From Candidatus Pyrohabitans jungbluthii (GTDB taxonomy: Archaea; Hydrothermarchaeota; Hydrothermarchaeia; Hydrothermarchaeales; BMS3B): a DNA stretch of 64,000 bases. This document shows positions 59,900 through 64,000 of this stretch, in pieces. The DNA lies in contig MTMD02000006.1 in the NCBI GenBank assembly GCA_002010065.2, positions 1 through 64,000 of the forward strand, in the 5' to 3' direction. A program made the translations under genes and the position numbers. Position 1 is the stretch's first letter. Each line of letters starts with the position of its first letter. The notes beneath the pieces are model-generated. The model was not told the DNA's origin. It searched no databases and saw only the letters and a program-made list of their open reading frames with translations.

Positions 59900-60304
59900 G
59901 TGGCGCTTGTGGAGTATAGCGTTAAGGATGTAACCGTCTTTATCGACGGCGTTGAAGTGGAAGACATCGCAGAACTCACCATCACGCCCAAAGGAGAGGA
60001 CAACGTAACGCCAGTGAAGGACTGGAGCAATAGAACAATAGGCTGGAACGTGAAGGATGACACCGACGCAGAGGGCACCATCGGCTTAAAGGCGCAGAGC
60101 AAGACCAACCAGCTGCTCATGGACATCGTCAAAGCCAAGCGCGGCGTGCAGGTCGTTGTGAAGAGCAACAACAAAGAGGCAACGGGCTTCTCGAAGATGA
60201 GCATCGACGACTGCCACTTCTCCTGGCCGGAGTTCAAGCCCGAGGCAGAGGAGCCCACGTGGAGCTGGAAGTTCATAGGCACAAACTTCGATATCGAGTA
60301 CTGA
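59900..60304 (+). CDS. Tail tube protein
   Basis: YSVKDVTVFIDG, GTIGLKAQS, WKF; follows sheath. Confidence 0.75.
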   Translation: MALVEYSVKDVTVFIDGVEVEDIAELTITPKGEDNVTPVKDWSNRTIGWNVKDDTDAEGTIGLKAQSKTNQLLMDIVKAKRGVQVVVKSNNKEATGFSKMSIDDCHFSWPEFKPEAEEPTWSWKFIGTNFDIEY

Positions 60305-60314
60305 GGTGGTGTAG

Positions 60315-60626
60315 ATGGCAAAGAAGGGCATTGATTATTCTAAGATATATGTGGCAGACGATCCTATAACAATCGAAGTGAACGGAGTGGAATTCAAGCT
60401 AAAGGAACTGAGTTCCGGAGAGTACTATGATATCCTTGAATCCTGCAGCCGTGGAAGTGATTTTGACAGGAAAAAGTACAGCCATAAGCTCGTCCAAGCT
60501 GCTGTGATAGAGCCAGATATTAACGCAGCAAAATTAAAACCTGGTGTGTTAGCAGTATTGGTCAACGAAGTCGAAAATTCTCTGGGTCTCTCTGAGGAGG
60601 CATTGCGTCACATTAAAAAAAAGTAG
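60315..60626 (+). CDS. Tail assembly chaperone (gpG-like)
   Basis: FKLKELS...AVIEP...LKPG; ends in slippery A AAA AAG before TAG. Confidence 0.75.
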   Translation: MAKKGIDYSKIYVADDPITIEVNGVEFKLKELSSGEYYDILESCSRGSDFDRKKYSHKLVQAAVIEPDINAAKLKPGVLAVLVNEVENSLGLSEEALRHIKKK

Positions 60627-60805
60627 AATCTAAGTTTCATCTTTACTTTTTAGCTGAACAATTCGGCGACTTAGAATTGGAAAGGGTCAATAAGCTGCCC
60701 ATTCACCGTGTTTTAGAGTGGCTTGAATATTTCAAGCAGAAGCATGAAAAAGTTAAGGCAATTACTATTGATAGCTCAGAGGGACACACGTTCAGGTTTT
60801 CTTAG
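60623..60805 (+). CDS. -1 frameshift extension of tail chaperone (gpT-like)
   Basis: Open -1 frame with no ATG: VESKFHLYFLAEQFGDLELERVNKLPIHRVLEWLEYFKQKHEK... Confidence 0.75.
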   Translation, partial: VESKFHLYFLAEQFGDLELERVNKLPIHRVLEWLEYFKQKHEKVKAITIDSSEGHTFRFS

Positions 60806-61348
60806 CTATTCATTATTGTAAAATTGTGCTATTTTTTGTAAATGATATTCTGAAGGTTGTTTACATTCTGATTTGTCTTTCCAATTTTGAGAAATTTCAC
60901 GCCTACACACATCTTCCAAAATCAATTGAATTGCCTCGAATGCTGTCATACCTTCAGACATTATTATACGATCATCTTTCTTTAGGGTCCCATATTCCCC
61001 TCCTCTAGGTTCCCACTTGTAGGGTATGGTAGCCCCATTACCACACACTAAAACCATTGAAATACTTTCAAACATTTTTTCAGGTATATATTTTCTTGAT
61101 CGAGGCGATCTCCCCACTGGATGGAAGACTATTTCGAGTTTCGTATTGGTAAAAAATTTATTGACTATTTTATTTGATTCATAATCAAAAAACTCAAAGT
61201 TCTCAAGTACTATCTTTTTCTCGTCGTAAAAAAAACCTCTAATGGATAAATTCATATAGACTTCTTTCCATCGTGTTTCAATTTCGTTCCTTAATTTTTC
61301 AACTATCTTATCAATCTCTTTAATAACAAAACTTAAGTGTCTACTCAT
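60806..61348 (-). CDS. AT-rich moron protein, unknown function
   Basis: 180-aa ORF overlapping the upstream moron gene. Confidence 0.65.
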   Translation of the reverse strand: MSRHLSFVIKEIDKIVEKLRNEIETRWKEVYMNLSIRGFFYDEKKIVLENFEFFDYESNKIVNKFFTNTKLEIVFHPVGRSPRSRKYIPEKMFESISMVLVCGNGATIPYKWEPRGGEYGTLKKDDRIIMSEGMTAFEAIQLILEDVCRREISQNWKDKSECKQPSEYHLQKIAQFYNNE

Positions 61349-62096
61349 TAAACCTCCCCAATTCTACAGAATAGAAATATTCTACTAGTAACCCTGGACT
61401 CACATTTCTGTTTCTTCTCCAACTTGTAATAATTTTATTCTTAAGTCTATCTGTATTTGTTGAGGTAATCCTGGTTGGGGAGATAGGTAGATACCAACCA
61501 TTATTTATAGCAGTTTCTATAACTTTAGGAGCCTCCTCATAAAGCCAATCTATTGTTTTTATTACATAGTTTTTATCTCTTCTATGAATAAAGAACCTAT
61601 ATATCTTCTCCATAGCAAATACCCAATCAAAAATTTCGTCATATAATCCAGCAATTATTATCGACTTAAGTGTTGGGATTTTAGGCTTTATTTCTAATTC
61701 TGGAAAGAATCTTATAATGGAATCATCAATATATAATAAATGGGCAAATTTTATAACATACTCAAATCCATAAATATGAGCATAATCTTTGAATAAGTTT
61801 TCGTAATGCAATTTTGTAATATGGTCATACATGTTGTATTTAGATCCCATGGTCTTAACTGTGATCTCAATGTAATCAGAATATTTTATAATAAAAGGTT
61901 CCATCTCTTTTAACATTTTGTCTACTTTGTTTAAAGTCTCTTCTTCGAATATTTCAAGTTCATTGTATTTAAAGAATGGCAGTGCTTTCCATTCTCTAAT
62001 AAATTCCTCTTTACTGGGTCTGCCAAAAGATGGTCCAGAAGGGTGATACACACCAATTTTTGGATGATAAACAGAAACAACATTAACGGACGCCAT
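61341..62096 (-). CDS. AT-rich moron protein, unknown function
   Basis: 251-aa ORF with GGAGG RBS. Confidence 0.7.
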   Translation of the reverse strand: MASVNVVSVYHPKIGVYHPSGPSFGRPSKEEFIREWKALPFFKYNELEIFEEETLNKVDKMLKEMEPFIIKYSDYIEITVKTMGSKYNMYDHITKLHYENLFKDYAHIYGFEYVIKFAHLLYIDDSIIRFFPELEIKPKIPTLKSIIIAGLYDEIFDWVFAMEKIYRFFIHRRDKNYVIKTIDWLYEEAPKVIETAINNGWYLPISPTRITSTNTDRLKNKIITSWRRNRNVSPGLLVEYFYSVELGRFNE

Positions 62097-62343
62097 GTAT
62101 TAGCCTCCAACCTTACATCATTAATTACCTCACCTTTTTGCGCCCACCCAACTATATCATATACCTATATCTCTATCATCTATCATAACTTATACCCATA
62201 TCACCGTATATGTTTATTGTATATTGTATATACCTATACTTTCGTATAGTTACACCAACTCTTTGATATATAAAATTTATTGTTCGGTTGTCTGCAAAGC
62301 CTTGGCAATCACGTTGATGTTGCAGTCCTGGGCATCGGGGTTA

Positions 62344-62967
62344 TTACTGATATGCTTTATCCACATCTTCCTCTAGCTCTTTCAGTCTCTTTTTTAATCT
62401 CTCATATTCCTCCTTATCAATACTCCTAGCTTTTTTTAATTCTTGTATTTCTTGATATATCTCATCCAATTTCGCCTCAATATTCGCCAACCTGTCTGTG
62501 CGATAACTTGTATAATAAATTGGTAGTTTCTCATATTGTAGCTGTAATTTTTCTATTTTGGGTAAGACTTTGCTTAAATTCTGATGGACTTCTGCGAATT
62601 GCTGAGCGATTTTCAAAGTTTTTAGAACAGGAATTTGAAGCTCTCTATATAGAGATATTGTTTTAGAGATTGACGAAATAGCTGCCATAGTATTCGCCAA
62701 ACTTTTTTCTAATCTATCAAGCTCAGGGTATTTTTCATGATATTCACTCAAAATTTGTTTTGCTTTTTCTTTTATTGAAATGTCATCTGATTTTGAGAGT
62801 TCCTTTGCTATGAAGTAAGCTTCAATCGGGAGTGTATCTAAATGTCGCTTTATCAAGTCTAAGCATTCCAAATGTGTATCCTCATCTTTTGCTTTCTCCT
62901 TGATTTCTTCCATAATTTTTTGAGCATCTTTTGAAGAGACCAACTTTTCTGACATATTTTTCACCAC
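62344..62967 (-). CDS. Helical/coiled-coil moron protein
   Basis: HEAT-like LSKSDDISIKEKAKQIL segment and C-terminal coiled coil. Confidence 0.65.
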   Translation of the reverse strand: MVKNMSEKLVSSKDAQKIMEEIKEKAKDEDTHLECLDLIKRHLDTLPIEAYFIAKELSKSDDISIKEKAKQILSEYHEKYPELDRLEKSLANTMAAISSISKTISLYRELQIPVLKTLKIAQQFAEVHQNLSKVLPKIEKLQLQYEKLPIYYTSYRTDRLANIEAKLDEIYQEIQELKKARSIDKEEYERLKKRLKELEEDVDKAYQ

Positions 62968-63188
62968 ACTTTAAGTATAAGAGCCACAGTTAGAATGATT
63001 ATAAAAACTACACTTCCCGCAATCCCTGAACTTTTGCTAATTTTAAATAAACCCGCAAAATATACTCCAATTAATCCGTATGCCACCGCCCACAGTATTA
63101 GAGTATTTGATGTAAGTGCATCCACTATTGTGATTATTACCAACCATAGCAGAATAAAACCAACTGTGTATCCAGTAGCTACCCCCAT
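62961..63188 (-). CDS. Small three-TM moron protein
   Basis: 75 aa, hydrophobic; overlaps next gene. Confidence 0.6.
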   Translation of the reverse strand: MGVATGYTVGFILLWLVIITIVDALTSNTLILWAVAYGLIGVYFAGLFKISKSSGIAGSVVFIIILTVALILKVW

Positions 63189-63227
63189 GACTTTATTTTA
63201 TAAATAGGGCCTATAAAAAAGTTTTCT

Positions 63228-64000
63228 ATGCCTTCAGTAAGAGACCTCTTTCTTAGGATCGGACTTCATGACACCGCATCTGGGAAGATGTTGAAAATAA
63301 TGAAAAGTTCTGATGCAGTGCATAAACAATTCCAGAAAGTGGGTAGTAGCGCGGAAAAATTAGGCAAGCAAATGGGGAGTGTAGCTAAATTCTTTAGAGA
63401 AATGGATACAATTGAAAAAGACATTATTAGAGTATCTCAGCAACATAATAGGGCAGTCAAAAAGCTTGCCCAAGCTTATATAAATCTAAAATGGAAAGTT
63501 AAACAGTATAAAAGGGAGGTATTAGCACCAGAACTTAGAAAGGTAGGGCGGTTTGCAAGGGAACATGCGCAACAACTAAAAGCAATGGGAGTTGCAGCTA
63601 CCGCTACTATGAGTGGGCTACTCTGGAAGGCACAAACGTACGAGAAATCTTTAGCAACTCTGCGGGCGCTCACTGCTGATAATGCAGAAGAGTATGAATA
63701 TTATCTATCTTTGATTGAAAAAAATAAGGGAGGGCTTTTTTCGAAGTCTGATATCGCAGCAACTCTCGCCTATGCTAAGGCCAACCGTCTCACCAGAGAA
63801 GAACTTGAGACCCTTCTTCCCTATGCAAAATCTGCTGCAGCAATGTTTGGTGAGGACTTACAACTTGCCTTCATTGCCATGGTAAGGGCGATGAAATATG
63901 GAGAGGCGGAACTTGCAGAGAGAATCGGATTACAGCTAAGAGAGAACGCAGTCAACCACATCGCCCTTAAACTCTATGGCAAAAGGCTGTCACAACTTAA
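63228..64000 (+). CDS. Tape measure protein (N-terminal part)
   Basis: MPSVRDLFLRIGLHDTASGKM... Ala/Lys-rich helical open frame to window end; position after TAC. Confidence 0.8.
   Translation, partial: MPSVRDLFLRIGLHDTASGKMLKIMKSSDAVHKQFQKVGSSAEKLGKQMGSVAKFFREMDTIEKDIIRVSQQHNRAVKKLAQAYINLKWKVKQYKREVLAPELRKVGRFAREHAQQLKAMGVAATATMSGLLWKAQTYEKSLATLRALTADNAEEYEYYLSLIEKNKGGLFSKSDIAATLAYAKANRLTREELETLLPYAKSAAAMFGEDLQLAFIAMVRAMKYGEAELAERIGLQLRENAVNHIALKLYGKRLSQL

Larger units (their letters stand above)
36304..64000 (+). mobile_element. Integrated archaeal head-tail provirus (Caudoviricetes, contractile tail), continues beyond window
   Basis: att site, switch region, TerS/TerL, portal, MuF, protease, MCP, head-tail, sheath, tube, TAC, tape measure in canonical order. 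Confidence 0.95.

Noticed and set aside
62043-62249. 68-aa plus-strand ORF in a TATA-rich low-complexity stretch
   Set aside because: Tyr/Ile-biased product of AT-rich sequence; more likely the leader/promoter of the minus-strand moron genes

Overview
Archaeal chromosomal window, judged from radA, RPA, apgM, arlHIJ, hdrBC and TATA/GGAGGTGA signals; the host is probably an anaerobic euryarchaeal-type thermophile, but the lineage cannot be fixed from sequence alone. Positions 1 to about 36.2 kb are host genes: sugar nucleotidyltransferase, apgM, an Lrp regulator divergent from an oxidative-stress cluster (2 rubrerythrins, superoxide reductase, FprA, rubredoxins, a decayed Bcp), hdrBC, radA/RPA, an archaellum motor block with two tandem ArlI ATPases, sqr, an intact fluoride riboswitch ahead of a truncated crcB-like remnant, glycosyltransferases, nadM, and an ArsR/DsrE/Trx/TusA sulfur module. 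From about 36.3 kb to the window end is an integrated head-tail provirus with a contractile-tail sheath. It begins at a duplicated tRNA 3' end (His-type) and carries a divergent RHH switch with phased operators, a palindromic iteron array (putative origin), an XPB-like helicase, terminase, portal, a MuF protein with a toxin-like C-terminus plus candidate immunity gene, protease/scaffold, capsid and tail genes, a -1 frameshifting tail chaperone and AT-rich moron cassettes. A conserved CTGACTTT-SC-TATA motif precedes seven late transcription starts. All protein calls come from motif recognition by eye, not database searches.
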